Of a stretch of 64,000 bases of DNA, positions 27,901 through 39,479 are shown piece after piece. The translations under genes and the position numbers were made by a program. A model generated the notes under the pieces. That model did no database searches. It saw nothing but the letters and a program-made list of their open reading frames with translations, and was not told the origin of the DNA. The stretch covers positions 182,654,001 through 182,718,000 of the forward strand of contig NC_086097.1 of the NCBI RefSeq assembly GCF_963921235.1, read 5' to 3'. The stretch's first letter is position 1. Each line of letters starts with the position of its first letter. Origin of the DNA: Mobula hypostoma (lineage: Eukaryota).

Positions 27901-28240
27901 AGTCAGTCCTTTGACCCCAGCTGGATCCTGCTCAATGCCCTCAAAGTTGGCCCTGGTCCAGTTCAGGACTTCAAACTGTGGACCTGATTTATCTTTCTCC
28001 ATAATTTTATTAAAACTCATAGACACTAAGTGCTCTCCAACTGTCTCTTCAGGTACTGGGCCTGCCTCCTCCGTGAAGAGGCGATCCAGTAATGCTCCTT
28101 TCTTAGGAGAGGCCCCTATCGTATGGAAACCCTTCTGTTCTCACAGCATGTGCAACTTCCCGACAAATCTGCTCCACAAGTTCCTGCTGACTATTGGAGT
28201 TCTATAATATTGCCCTACTGAGGCGACCCTCCATATTTAT
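21990..28240. mobile_element. Cluster of nested, decayed CR1 fragments in both orientations (approx. 21990-23040 -, 23045-23500 +, 23530-24480 -, 24700-27520 +, 27870-28240 -)
   Basis: Several endonuclease/RT peptide fragments in the ORF track (MDFDKVLH, GSDHNMIEF, FADDTRIGG, YCIQFWS). Boundaries are approximate, and 27540-27860 is not TE-like. Confidence 0.7.
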
Positions 28241-28344
28241 AACTTCTGCACAAATGACGTCCTGAGATGAAACTGAGAGAGTGTACCCTCCAAGGACTGA
28301 CTCTCACTGAGGAAAAACTGGTCTTTCTCTCACTCATACATGCA

Positions 28345-28369
28345 CACTGACCCTCACTGGGGTGATGGG

Positions 28370-28437
<68 letters not shown>

Positions 28438-28469
28438 ACCCTCACTGGGGTGATGGGTCTCTCTCTCTT

Positions 28470-28500
<31 letters not shown>

Positions 28501-28533
28501 GACCCTCACTGGGGTGATGGGTCTCTCTCTCTT

Positions 28534-28585
<52 letters not shown>

Positions 28586-28630
28586 ACCCTCACTGGTGTG
28601 ATGGGTCTCTCTCTCACACACACACACTGG
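28345..28630 (+). repeat. Four-unit compound repeat: CTGACCCTCACTGGGGTGATGGG + (TC)n + (CA)n
   Basis: Directly visible, with variable CA length per unit. Confidence 0.9.
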
Positions 28631-28884
28631 GGGGACAAGTCTTTCTCACACATACACACTCACACTAGCCGCACACACAGTCTCTCAGATGGACTGTTCC
28701 AGGGAGAGTTCTGTGCTCCCTTTCTCCCCCTTCCCCATCACATGGCCATTGTCGTGGGTACACTATTTTGACCATGCACCCAGCTTCACCCTGGGAACAC
28801 TATACAGCCTGTCCCCGTCACCCCAGAGTACATACAGCTTGTTAGCTGAGGACTGACCGTAGTTTGCTGCACTCAGTCTCCACA

Positions 28885-29550
28885 GAGCTGCTCGCAGTGC
28901 CTGTCCTGCCTGGTACAGAGCTGGTCCAAAGTGCACAGGACAGCTTGTCCAGGAAACTTGCTTTGCTCTGCCTTGTTGTCGAGTGTTGGGGTGAACGACC
29001 AAGAGGGTGGAAAACTGTCCCTGAGAGGGACGTTGTAACTGGGCATGGGCCAGCTGAGTAAACCTCCTCCCGCACCCCCAACCCATACAGTCTCCACCCC
29101 TCCTCTCGTATATCTCTCACCCACTCCCTTGGGTCTTCACACTTACTCATCTCCCACCAGCCACGCAAAGCGACTTCCTCATCATCCAGGGAAGTGAGTC
29201 GCAGAGAGAAAGTGGCCATACCGGCAGCACAGGTGGGGAGATCTGACACAGAAAGGGGTGCTGACACTGACCGCTGTCACACTGCAGCTCGGGCATGGTG
29301 TGCTCTGCACAAGGGGAGTTGGGGTGAAGCCCCAGGGAGATGGGGAGGCTGGGGGTCTCTTTGACAGCAGGGTCAGAGGGTTCAATGACGGTGTCTACGA
29401 CAATGAGGACCTGACACCAGCTGATGTCAGGCAAGGTCTGGCTTTTCCATTCTCACCCCGAAGGTCTTGCTCCCTCTACTCTGAGGCTGCACTGGGTTCC
29501 CTCGCATGTGAAGGGCCCACATTGGCCAACCCTGACCGGCATCATAGGTA
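28885..29550 (+). pseudogene. Possible degenerate remnants of KCNH2 exons 11-12
   Basis: Unique GC-rich sequence with weak motifs in different frames (KLSLR, WGEAPG, EDLTP..FPFSPRR). I found no single open frame with compatible splice phases. Confidence 0.3.
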
Positions 29551-29704
29551 TTAGCAGCTAGAACTGTGGCCACGGTGAGGATCATCCCTCAGACTGATAT
29601 CCTCAGTGCGACAGGCTTATTGTCTCTCCCGTGGAATGATGGATCTCCCTTTTCGTGTGTCCAATCTCTCCTCCAGAGTGACGATGTCCCCTTGTGTCTC
29701 ATAG

Positions 29705-29882
29705 GACCTTTCTCCAACATCTTCAGTTTCTGGGCTGGACCAACTCCCCACCTGCTGCAGGACATCTGCTCCCGACCAGCGGTCACTGCTCATTCAGGCC
29801 CCCGGTCAGTGTCCACTCCCAACCGGACCCAGTGGGCCAACATTAACCGCAGGCTCCAGCTCCTGCAGGAGCAGCTAACCAG
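29705..29882 (+). CDS. KCNH2: KCNH2 (ERG)-like exon, homolog of hERG exon 13 (GPFSNIFSFWAG...NRRLQLLQEQLTR); function uncertain
   Basis: SNIFSFW and RLQLLQEQLTR match hERG SNIFSFW / RLDALQRQLNR. Acceptor catag|GA (phase 1) and donor AG|GTAATG (phase 2) match the hERG phases as I recall them. An alternative in-frame acceptor lies at 29676/29677. The KCNH2 assignment rests partly on AOC1 synteny. Confidence 0.75.
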
Positions 29883-30258
29883 GTAATGATTCCTCACCCC
29901 ATTCTGACTTCTGACCCCTCACCATGGACTGACCCCTCAGCCAAGATTATTCCTAATACTGGTGACGCAAAGGTTGTGTCCTCAGCCTCCTACTCGAGCC
30001 TCTTTATACTGATAACTGCAGGGCCAGATTCTACTCTAACTGCTCCTATATCTTTGTAGATGAAATCACCAATTGTCTGTCCTGATCCAACATGTAGATG
30101 CTACAGTGAAGAAAGCTCACCAATGCCTCTACTTCCTCAGGAAGTTTAAGAAATTCAGTAGTCTGTCTTGATTCTTGTCAATTTTTTTTATCAAAGCACC
30201 ATAGAGAGCATCCTGTCTGGATGGATCGTGGCTTGTTATGACAGCTGCTTGGCACATC

Positions 30259-30948
30259 ATTAGATTAGATTAGATTAGATTATGAGGACACACAGTCCCC
30301 TTTTATTGTCATTTAGTAATACATGCATTAAGAAATGATACAATGTTCCTCCAGAATGATATCACAGAAACACAAGACAAACCAAGACTAAAAAAAAATG
30401 ACTAAAACCACATAATTATAACATATAGTTACAACAGTGCAAAGCAATACTGTAATTTGATGAAGAACAGACCATGGGCACGGTAAAAAAGTCTCAAAGT
30501 CTCTCGAAAGTCCCATCATCTCACGCAGACGGTAGAAGGGAAAAACTCTCCCTGCCATGAGCTTCCAGCACCGCGAACTTGCCGATGCAGCACCCTGGAA
30601 ACACCCGACCACAGCAGACTCTTAAGTCTGTCTGAAAACTTCGAGCCTCCGACCAGCCCTCCGACAGCTAGCACAGAGCACGTTCTCTGCTGAGCACTTC
30701 GACCCCGGCCCTGGCAACAGGCAATAGGCAAAGCCGAGGATTTGGGGCCTTCCCCTCCAGAGATTCTTGATCGCACAGTAGCAGCAGCAGCAAAGCAGGC
30801 ATTTCAAAAGTTTCTCCAAATGTTCCTTTGTGCTTCTCATGTCCGTCTCCATCAAATCAGGATTGTGCACGGCCCCTATTTAACAAATACAATATCATTT
30901 CGGAGCGGCCTCGCACGCTGCATCGCGCCGCCATCTTCTCCTCCCCTC
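30259..30948 (-). mobile_element. ~690 bp non-coding retroposon-like insert with (TCTAA)n tail, inside a Rex1-like fragment (~29920-31140)
   Basis: + strand (TTAGA)4 at the left end. Minus-strand 5' end GGGGAGGAGAAGATGGCGGCG. Rex1-like sequence resumes on both sides. Confidence 0.55.
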
Positions 30949-31277
30949 CAAACTTTCATTACAGAAAAGTGCAGAGAGTTGTGGACACAGCTCTGCAAGT
31001 CATAGAAACCAGCCTCCCCTCCATGGACTCTGTCTACATCTCACTGCCTCAGTAAAGCAGACAGCACAATCAAAGTCCCCACTGACCCCAGACATTCTGT
31101 TTTCTCCCCACTCCCACCAGGCAGAAGATACAAAAGTCTGAATATACATCACCTCTTCTCCAGGTCTGCCCTATGACCCAGGACTGAATCCTGGCCATAT
31201 ACTGAGTCCTAACTTCTCCCTGCAGGATGGACCTCTGCCCTCTGACCCTGTTTAACCTCCTCTCTTCCTGCCTCCAG

Positions 31278-31437
31278 ACTAGAGTCCCAGGTCATGGCTG
31301 ATATCTCCACCATTCTGCAGTTGCTGCAGAGACCCCTGGTCCTGACCCCTCCAGCCTACAGCCCTGTGTCGACTGGCTGCCCACAGCCACCCGATGGGTG
31401 TCAGGACTCACCGACAGCTGCAGTGTCACTCATTCAG
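31278..31437 (+). CDS. KCNH2: KCNH2-like exon, homolog of hERG exon 14 (RLESQVMADISTILQLLQRPLVLTPPAYSPVS...SLIQ)
   Basis: Translated by hand. Matches hERG [31 protein letters not shown]. Acceptor cctccag|A (phase 2) and donor CAG|GTGGGT (phase 0), in frame with the 29705-29882 exon. Confidence 0.8.
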
Positions 31438-31649
31438 GTGGGTCACTCCGCGCAGTTCTAGGGTGGGACCTCTCAACCACCACTGAGGGAATTGGATTGG
31501 TGTGAATGATGGGGAATGTCAGTACAGTCTTGTGGGCCGAAAGACCTGTGACCAGGTTTTGTGTGTGTGTGTGTATGTGTGTGTACTATATATATATATA
31601 ATATAGACACACACACACACACACACACATAAAACAAACACACAACACA

Positions 31650-31780
31650 CGAACTGCTGCCTCTGAGACCCGGGTTCAATCCTGACCTCTGGTGCTGTCT
31701 TTGTGGAGTTTGCTCATTCTCCCTGTGACTGTGTGAGTTTCCACGAGGTGTTCGGTTTTCTCTCATGTGGGCTGGTGTAT
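31650..31780 (+). mobile_element. tRNA-derived V-SINE/HE1-like fragment
   Basis: Box-B-like CCCGGGTTCAATCC followed by tgtggagtttgctcattctccctgtgactgtgtgagtttcc. A similar decayed copy lies on the minus strand at ~14900-15100. Confidence 0.55.
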
Positions 31781-32464
31781 TTGTTGTCTGCTATGATTTA
31801 CCCCTATGGTGGAATCTGGGGGAGTGAGGGAAAAGGGCTGTACATTTGTCTGTTAGGTCTGAACTGAGGTTGTGAATGAGGTCCTCAGTGTGTACCTGGC
31901 ATTGGTATTCACCAGGGTCGATATGGGTAAAAGTAAGATGAGGGAGGGGGTGTTGATATTCTAGGCATGTCAATGATAAGGAGGAGGAGTTGTACACTGT
32001 GTTCTGTAAAACATTATGGTGAATAACTCCAGGACCTGAAGAGATTTATCCCAAGATACTGAAGGACATGATTAATTTGGAAAGGCAGGCATTGATGAGT
32101 CAGCAAGGCCAGACACAGAGCAGGGAGGTGTGCTGCAACTGTGTACAATACCACAGCTGGAGCACTGGGACAGTCCTGGTCTCCACATTCCAGGAGAGAT
32201 ATGATCGCACTAGAGACGGTGCAGCGGGGATCTTCAGGATGCTGCAGGACTGGAAAACTGTAGATGACGAGGCTTTGACGAGGCTGAGATGTATAAAATA
32301 ATGAGGTGGGTGAGATGGAGTCAATTTGAAGGATCTCTTTCACTCAGCAAAGGTCACAATTCAGGGAAACAAGCTTTTAAGTACTTGGGAAAAGGATTAG
32401 AAGGGAAAATGGGATAAAATGGTTGTTCTTGCATGAGAAGATGCATAAAACCTGATGAACATCC

Positions 32465-33640
32465 AGTCATAGAGTGACACAGCACAGAAAGAGGCTCCTT
32501 GGCCCAACTGATTCATGCCAACTAATGCTGAGGCAAGCCAGTCCCATTTGCCTTGTTTGGTCCATAACTTTCTAACTCTTTCCCATTTGTGTACCCGTCC
32601 AGCTGTCTTTTCAAAGCTGTTATTGTACCTGCCTCAACCAGTTCCTCCAGCAGTTCATTCTACCTACACCATCCTTAATGTTTAAATAAAAAAGGCTGCC
32701 TCAATTTCCCGTAAATCTCTCCCCTCTCACCTTAAACTTATGACCTCTAGTTCTTGATTTGCCTACCCTGGGAAAAAAAACTGTGCATTCACCCTATCTA
32801 TGCCTTTCATGACTTTATACACCTCTACAAGGTCACCTCTAGCTCTCCTATGCTTCAAGAATTAAAGACTCAACCCGTTCAACCTCTCCCTAAAACTCAG
32901 TCCCTCAAGTCCTGATAACATCCTTGTAGACCCTTCTTCAAGCTTTCCAGGTTTATGACATCTTTCCTACAGTAGGGGGAACGAAATTGAATATAGCATT
33001 CCAAATATGGCCACACCAACATTTTAGATAACGGCAATATAACATGCAACAATTATACTCAATACTGTGACTGATGAGGGCCAGCATGCCGAAAGAATTC
33101 TTCATCATCCTTTCATGAAACCACATACTGGTACTCCAAGGACCTTCTATTCCACAACACTCCCTGGGGAATTGCCTTTCACTGTGAAAGCCCTACCCTC
33201 ATTTGTCTTCCTAAAATGTGAGATGTTGCAGTGATCTGAATTCAACTCCATTTACTATCCTCAGCCCTCTGACCCAGCTGATCAAGATCCACCTGTGATT
33301 TGTGATAACCTTCTTCATTGTTGAAGACACCAGTTATCTCAGTATCATTTCCAAACTTGCTAACAATGCCCTATATATTCTTCCAAATCGTTGCTATAGA
33401 AACAAACAACGATGGGCCTAGCACCACTCCTGGGAACAACACTAGTCACAGGCCTCTAGTCCAAGAAACAACCTTCCACTATCATCAACTGCTTCCTACC
33501 ATCAAGCCAACCGTGTATCCAGTTAGCCAGCTCTTCCTGGGTTGCATGAGATCCAACTTTTCACAGCAGCCTACCATGTGGAAACAATCAAAGGCCTTAC
33601 TGAAGTTCATATAGATCATGTCTACTGCCCTACCCTCAAA
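32465..33640 (-). mobile_element. Decayed CR1 3' fragment
   Basis: Same 3'-end architecture as the other CR1 copies (acagcacagaaa..ggcccaac, aacctctccc, aaggccttactgaagt). Confidence 0.65.
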
Positions 33641-34314
33641 TTTCAAAGTTCAAATAAATTTGCTATCAAAGTATAGATATGTTATCATATATTATCTTGA
33701 GATACAACTTCTTGCAAGAATTTGCAGGAAAAAAGATATACAATAACACTTTATGAAACAATATATGTAAATAAAGACTGACAAACAACTAGTGTGGAGC
33801 CTAATAGTTTTTAGTTTTTAGATTTCCAGGTAGAATGTACTGTATCTCCGTTTCTGTTGCGTATTTGTTTTTATGATGCAGTTTCATTTTTTAAACGGTT
33901 GTTACGTTCTGTTGCAAGATACAATATTTCTGTACTGGAAATTTTTGGCTAGATGTGCTGATTTATCCTATTCCAGCAGTAGAAGGGAGAGTGAAGACTT
34001 TATCGAAGTACAGGACCGAAGGATTGAGAGGAGTTGGCATCGTTCAGCAGTTTAACAAAGGATCGACCTTATTGAGTCTTCGTTGAAGGAGTAGCAACTT
34101 GCATCGAAGATAACTCTTGCCGAAAGAGCAAAGAGTTCATGCAAAGGTTTGCTCTCTCTAGAATTTAAGGTCAGTTGTTTTAAACTGTTTATTTACTGCA
34201 TAGTGAATCCTGTGGACAGAACCAGCAGGAAAGTCGCGTCCATGAAGAAATCCTTCTCCAGAGAAGTCTCTCCCAATTGAACATATAAATCTGTTGGACT
34301 TTAAAATTTTCCCT

Positions 34315-35174
34315 TGTGACGAGAATACACATAAAATTAAGATGTTTGCTGGCCTAGGTTAGCATCAGTGACATCAGCAAGTGGTCTGCCACCTGCCCTC
34401 AGGGGAAGGAGAGATAAGGAACAATGGAGCAGCATCTGGAGATGTGTAATGAAGGGACGGGGGAGAGAGAGCTGTCTGGAGCGGCTCCCCCTTTGAACCC
34501 TGAACTGTTTGAAGTGATGGACAGGCGATACCCCAGCAGGGGGATAAAAAGGGACTGATTCACGAAGGCAGGACATACGCCACCCGAGGTAACGAGACCC
34601 TGGAAGCGGTATGCTTCTCACGAGTCGGTGGGAAGTATCAGACAACGGCCAGGGTGGAAAGGTACGATCAGCGGGAACCCGGTGTGTGTCCGCCCTTGCC
34701 TGGGTGCCGGGTTCACTGCAGAGGATCGACCGCATCTGGAGGAGGGCCTCAGTCGGTGACCTCAGGTGACATCACCAAGGACCTGCCCAAAAGCTGCTTG
34801 TGAGCCATCTCGCCGGTCTGTGAGTGAAGCTGTGTCTGAATGATCAGTCGTTCTCGTTCTCTCTCTCTCTCCCCCCCATGTTGTCCATAGCCATGGCAAC
34901 GATTACTGCGAACTGAACTACTAAACTGGACTGAACTTTGAGTCACTTTGAAATTTGGTCATTTACCCCTAGACCACGATAGAGCTTGATTGATGCTGTT
35001 ATCTTAATTCTGTGCGCATGTGTGGTTATCATTGCTGAACTGTTGCATTTATTATCCTTTCGATTACTGTGTTGCTTGTTTCTTTAATAAAACTTTCTTA
35101 GTTCTAGTAATCCAGACTCCAACTGAGTGATCCATTTCTGCTGGTTTGGCAACCCAGTTACGGGGTACGTAACA
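34315..35174 (+). repeat. 5' LTR (860 bp)
   Basis: TGTGACGAGAATAC...GGGGTACGTAACA, with AATAAA near the 3' end. Confidence 0.9.
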
Positions 35175-35178
35175 TAAG

Positions 35179-35197
35179 TGGGGTTCTCGTCCGCGAT
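35179..35197 (+). promoter_or_regulatory. Primer-binding site, tRNA-Pro-like
   Basis: TGGGGTTCTCGTCCGCGAT lies 4 nt after the 5' LTR and resembles the tRNA-Pro PBS TGGGGGCTCGTCCGGGAT. Confidence 0.65.
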
Positions 35198-35273
35198 TTT
35201 GAACGCTAAGTTTGGGACGGAGTAAATTGATTGGGTTAAAATTCCCGAAAGAAAGAAAAGACAAACAGCAGAA

Positions 35274-36218
35274 ATGGAGGCTGAGGAATTTATAAAGGCG
35301 CCGACCTTGGAGGCATTAGAGGATGCCAGGAAATCGGAATTGGTAGCTGTGGCCAAACGGTTGAATCTTGCTAAGGTGAAGTCGACAATGAGGAGAGAGG
35401 AGATACACAGAGCTATTGTAGAGCACTATGTATCCAAAGGTGTGTTTCCCCAAGGTGAGCTGGGGGTGGTGTCTATTGAAAAACCTGCTGGAGACGCAGT
35501 ACAGGTACAGCTTGAAAAACTGAGACTCGAGCACGAGTTCCGGGTACGGCAGTTAGAACACGAAGAGAAGGAGAGAGAGTTAGAAAGGCAAGAGAGAGAA
35601 AGACAGTTAGAGAGAGAGGAGAAAGAGAGGCAATGGGAGCGAGAAGAGAGAGGGAAACAGAGGGAAAGGGAATTTGAGCTGGAGAAGTTAAAGATAAGGG
35701 CCGAGCAGGGGCTCGTGCCGAACCAAGGTGGAGGGTTCCGGGCGACCCAGGAGGTTAGGCTGGTTCCCCCATTTGACGATACCGACGTGGATTGGTACTT
35801 TCTCCACTTCGAAAAAGTGGCTATAAGTCAGGACTGGCCGAGGGATAAGTGGGTTGTTTTACTTCAGAGTGTACTGAAAGGGAAAGCCCAAGAAGCTTAC
35901 TCAGCTTTGTCCGCGGAAGATGCCCAGAGGTATGAGGTGGTGAAAGAGGCCATCCTCAGGATTTATGAGTTGGTCCCGGAGGCATACCGGCAGAGGTTCC
36001 GGAATGCGAGGAAACAGTGGGACCGCACGTATTTGGAGTTTGCCCGTGAGATGCAGACATATTGTGAGCGTTGGTGCGCCTCGAAGGGGGTAGAGGGGGA
36101 TTATGACAGACTGCTACAACTGATCCTGATTGAGCAGTTTAAAGGTTGTGTCCCCGAGGGTATGAGACCCTACCTCGATGAGAAAGAGGCAGCCACGTTA
36201 GCGCAACTGCTAAGTTAG
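35274..36218 (+). pseudogene. Gag ORF of the Gypsy element (coiled coil + SCAN-like capsid region), frameshifted near 36200
   Basis: E/R-rich coiled coil; VRLVPPF..YFLHFEKVA..W; ELVPEAYRQRFRN; LILIEQFKGC. The continuation KLADEYALTH is in another frame. Confidence 0.8.
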
Positions 36219-38318
36219 CGGATGAGTATGCGTTGACGCATAAAATGAAGTTTGCCCGAGTAAAGGCTACCAGAAGGGTAGTCAGGACGGCGGGGAGAGT
36301 CCGCCGGAAAAGTCAGAAAGTAAGCCGGGGACTAGTGAAAAGGATAAGGTAGACCGGGAGCAGTCTGGTAGGAAGTCTCCTGGGGTCGTCTGTTATAATT
36401 GTGGGAAAGCCGGACACTTTGCGTCCAGGTGCTTTGCCCCAAGGAAGGAGACGGGGAAAGGAAAAGCGGAAATTTGGAATGGCTGTATCGAGCTGGTAAA
36501 CGAACCGCTAGGGAAGGACAGGTCTGAAAAAGTCCAGGAAGGGCGCGAGAGGTTTATCTCGGCCGGACTGGTGTCAGTGAAGGAGGGGTTAAAACCAGTT
36601 CCAGTGCGGATCTGGAGAGACACGGGAGCGTGTCAGTCACTAATACTGAAGAGTGTATTAGAGTTTAGCTCAGAGACCCAGACTGGGGAGGTCAAGGTCA
36701 AAGGTATTGGGGAAGGGACAGAGGCAGTCCCTTTGCACCAGATACACTTACAAAGCAACCTGGTCTCTGGACTAGTCACGATCGGGGTGAGGTCCGAATT
36801 ACCGATGAAAGACGTGGAAGTCTTGCTCGGTAATGACATCGCCGGAGGAATCGTGTTCCCAGTCGTGAGATTGACAGGTCAGCCTGCCAGCATTGAGGCC
36901 CCGCCCATGGACACACAGGTTCATCACGGGCCCGCGAGAGTGAATTTAGCTGAACCGTTTCTGCCAACCTTGTATGAGACGGGGTGTAGTGAGACAAGAG
37001 GTAGTGAGGGAGCTGGGACGGACGTAGCAGTAGCCAGGAAAGAATTTGTGCAGACGCAGGAGCGAGACGAGGGGCTGATGGTTTTTGCAGAGACAGCTCT
37101 CTCTGACACAGCTTTAACAAGGGAACTAGTAGACTATTGTGTGGAGAAGGAAGTGCTAAGGAAAAAAGGAAAATCAAGTACAGTACCCGCAGATGAGGAA
37201 TGGGGGGTGGTGCAAGAGTTATGGGGATGAGGTTTTTAACATGGCCCACGAGGTACCCCCCGGTGGACATTTTGCGGTGCTGGAGGAAACAGCTGGTGGA
37301 ATCATGAAAGAGATTTACCGGCTGCCCAGGGGGAAAAATGTTATTGATCATGACCGACGCGAATTGAGACGGTCACCGGCTTTTGATATGCTAACAAACC
37401 TAGTCGGTGTTAGCGTGGAAATCAATGAAGCTAGGGGCCCCCTGATAAGAGGAAAAAAACATTTTGAAAAGATTAGTATGGGATCGATCAGATGGGAGAA
37501 GGCTATTGTTTTGGCCAGGTCTACGGATAAGGTCTCTCCCTTAATCCCCGAACAAAGCGAATCTTTAGATGAAATAATTAAACGACTCGCACCCGTGTGT
37601 TTGATTGTCCCGAGGCAATGCAAAGAACTGGGACGTTGGGTGATGTCTGTTACAATAGGCCAACCTAATAAACAACACCCATATTTTTTGAGTATTCAGT
37701 GACTAAAGGGCTGATGAACACAGAGGTGTGTATTGGCAATTTAATACGGCTGTCTGAAGCCAGCTTGATAGTGAACCTTGAAAAAAATGAATTCGGCCAC
37801 ACGAGGGTCACTTACCTGGGAATTGTGGTGACACAGGGGCAGCTGGCAGCGATGCAAGCTACAGTGCAGGCTATCGCTGACCTCCCAACCCCGACAGACA
37901 AGAGGGCCCTCAGAAGGCTCTTGGAGATGGTGGGGTACTGCAGGAAGTTTTGCAATAACTCTGCGGTCAATACCCGTCCCCCTCCTACTAAGCCCTTGCG
38001 AGAGAAAACTGAGTCGGAATGGGACGACCCTTGTTATTGTGGTCCGGGACAAAACCAAATGAGAGGTTACATTGATCGCAATTCATCAGTGTTTTTGGCC
38101 ACTATGAAGTTTGCTGAGTTGGAGCCCGGTCTAAGGGATTATTAATAACACGTGTAAAAGGAACAGAAAATGTGATGACTGTCTGTCAAGGTGTTGACAG
38201 CTTCAAACTCGCTGTGTTAGCCAAATGGCTGTTAAAGATGTATATTTGTGTATGTATCAAATAATGTATTCATGTTTGTAATTTTTACCTCCCGGTAAAA
38301 ATCCTTAAAGGGGGGAAG

Positions 38319-38939
38319 TGTGACGAGAATACACATAAAATTAAGATGTTTGCTGGCATCAGTGACATCAGCAAGTGGTCTGCCACCTGTCCTCAGGGGA
38401 AGGAGAGATAAGGAACAATGGAGCAGCGTCTGGAGATGTGTAATGAAGGGACGTGGGAGAGAGAGCTGTCTGGAGCGGCTCCCCCTTTGAACCCTGAACT
38501 GTTTGAAGTGATGGACAGGCGATACCCCAGCAGGGGGATAAAAAGGGACCGATTCACGAAGGCAGGACACACGCCACCCGAGGTAACGAGACCCTGGAAG
38601 CAGTACGCTTCTCACGAGTCGGTGGGAAGTATCAGACAACGGCCAGGGTGGAAAGGTACGATCAGCGGGAACCCGGTGTGTGTCCGCCCTTGCCTGGGTG
38701 CCGGGTTCACTGCAGAGGATCGACCGCATCTGGAGGAGGGGTCACAGAGCTTGATTGATGCTGTTATCTTAATTCTGTGCGCATGTGTGGATATCATTGC
38801 TGAACTGTTGCATTTATTATCCTTCCGATTACTGTGTTGCTTGTTTCTTTAATAAAACTTTCTTAGTTCTAGTAATCCAGACTCCAACTGAGTGATTCAT
38901 TTCTGCTGGTTTGGCAACCCAGTTACGGGGTACGTAACA
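38319..38939 (+). repeat. 3' LTR (621 bp, with internal deletions relative to the 5' LTR)
   Basis: Same termini as the 5' LTR. Lacks ~10 bp near its start and ~230 bp corresponding to about 34748-34980. Confidence 0.9.
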
Positions 38940-39479
38940 CCTTTTTAAGAACTATATTTGACTTTACCGCTTTAAGAACCGTTTTCGCATTTAACGCTTT
39001 AAGAACCAGTACCGAATGACAATTTGTTGAACGGCTGCATAACGGTTAACTTCCAGTTAAGGTTTTGGTTTGTTTTTTGTTTTTATCATTTATCTGTGTT
39101 TAATAAATGTTTGGTTGTTTTTATATAACCTGTCTCGATTGATATTCATTGTTGCCGGTTACGTAACAAGGGAAACATGGTGGTATGGGACTTAAGGCTT
39201 CTATACCTCCTGCCCAATGGCAGTAGTGAGAAGATGTTGTGGCCTGGATGGTGGGGGTCTTTGATGTTTTTGGCTACTTCTTCAAAAACTCAGTCAAATT
39301 GGTGTCACATGATATTCCACACACTAAGCCATGCTGACTATCTCTGACCAGTCCCTGTATTTCCAAATGCTGGTAATGATGTGTGAAGTGCTGGAACACT
39401 GGAGAATGGGTAATGCGTGGGTAATGAAGGGTAAGACATACATCATGTACATCTGGATGAAATTACCTACTGCAGAGAA

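Larger units (their letters stand above)
34315..38939 (+). mobile_element. Internally deleted Ty3/Gypsy (Gmr1-like) LTR retrotransposon
   Basis: Two LTRs TG..CA, a PBS, and PPT AAAGGGGGGAAG at 38307-38318. gag 35274-36218, zinc knuckle CYNCGKAGHFASRC at 36391-36432, protease RDTGACQSLI, integrase N-terminal AHEVPPGGHF, RT C-terminal remnant. Flanks ccct / cctt form an imperfect TSD. Confidence 0.9.

Noticed and set aside
35274..36218. Domesticated gag/SCAN host gene
   Set aside because: It sits between two LTRs with PBS and PPT and is frameshifted before the zinc knuckle, so it is simply part of the element.
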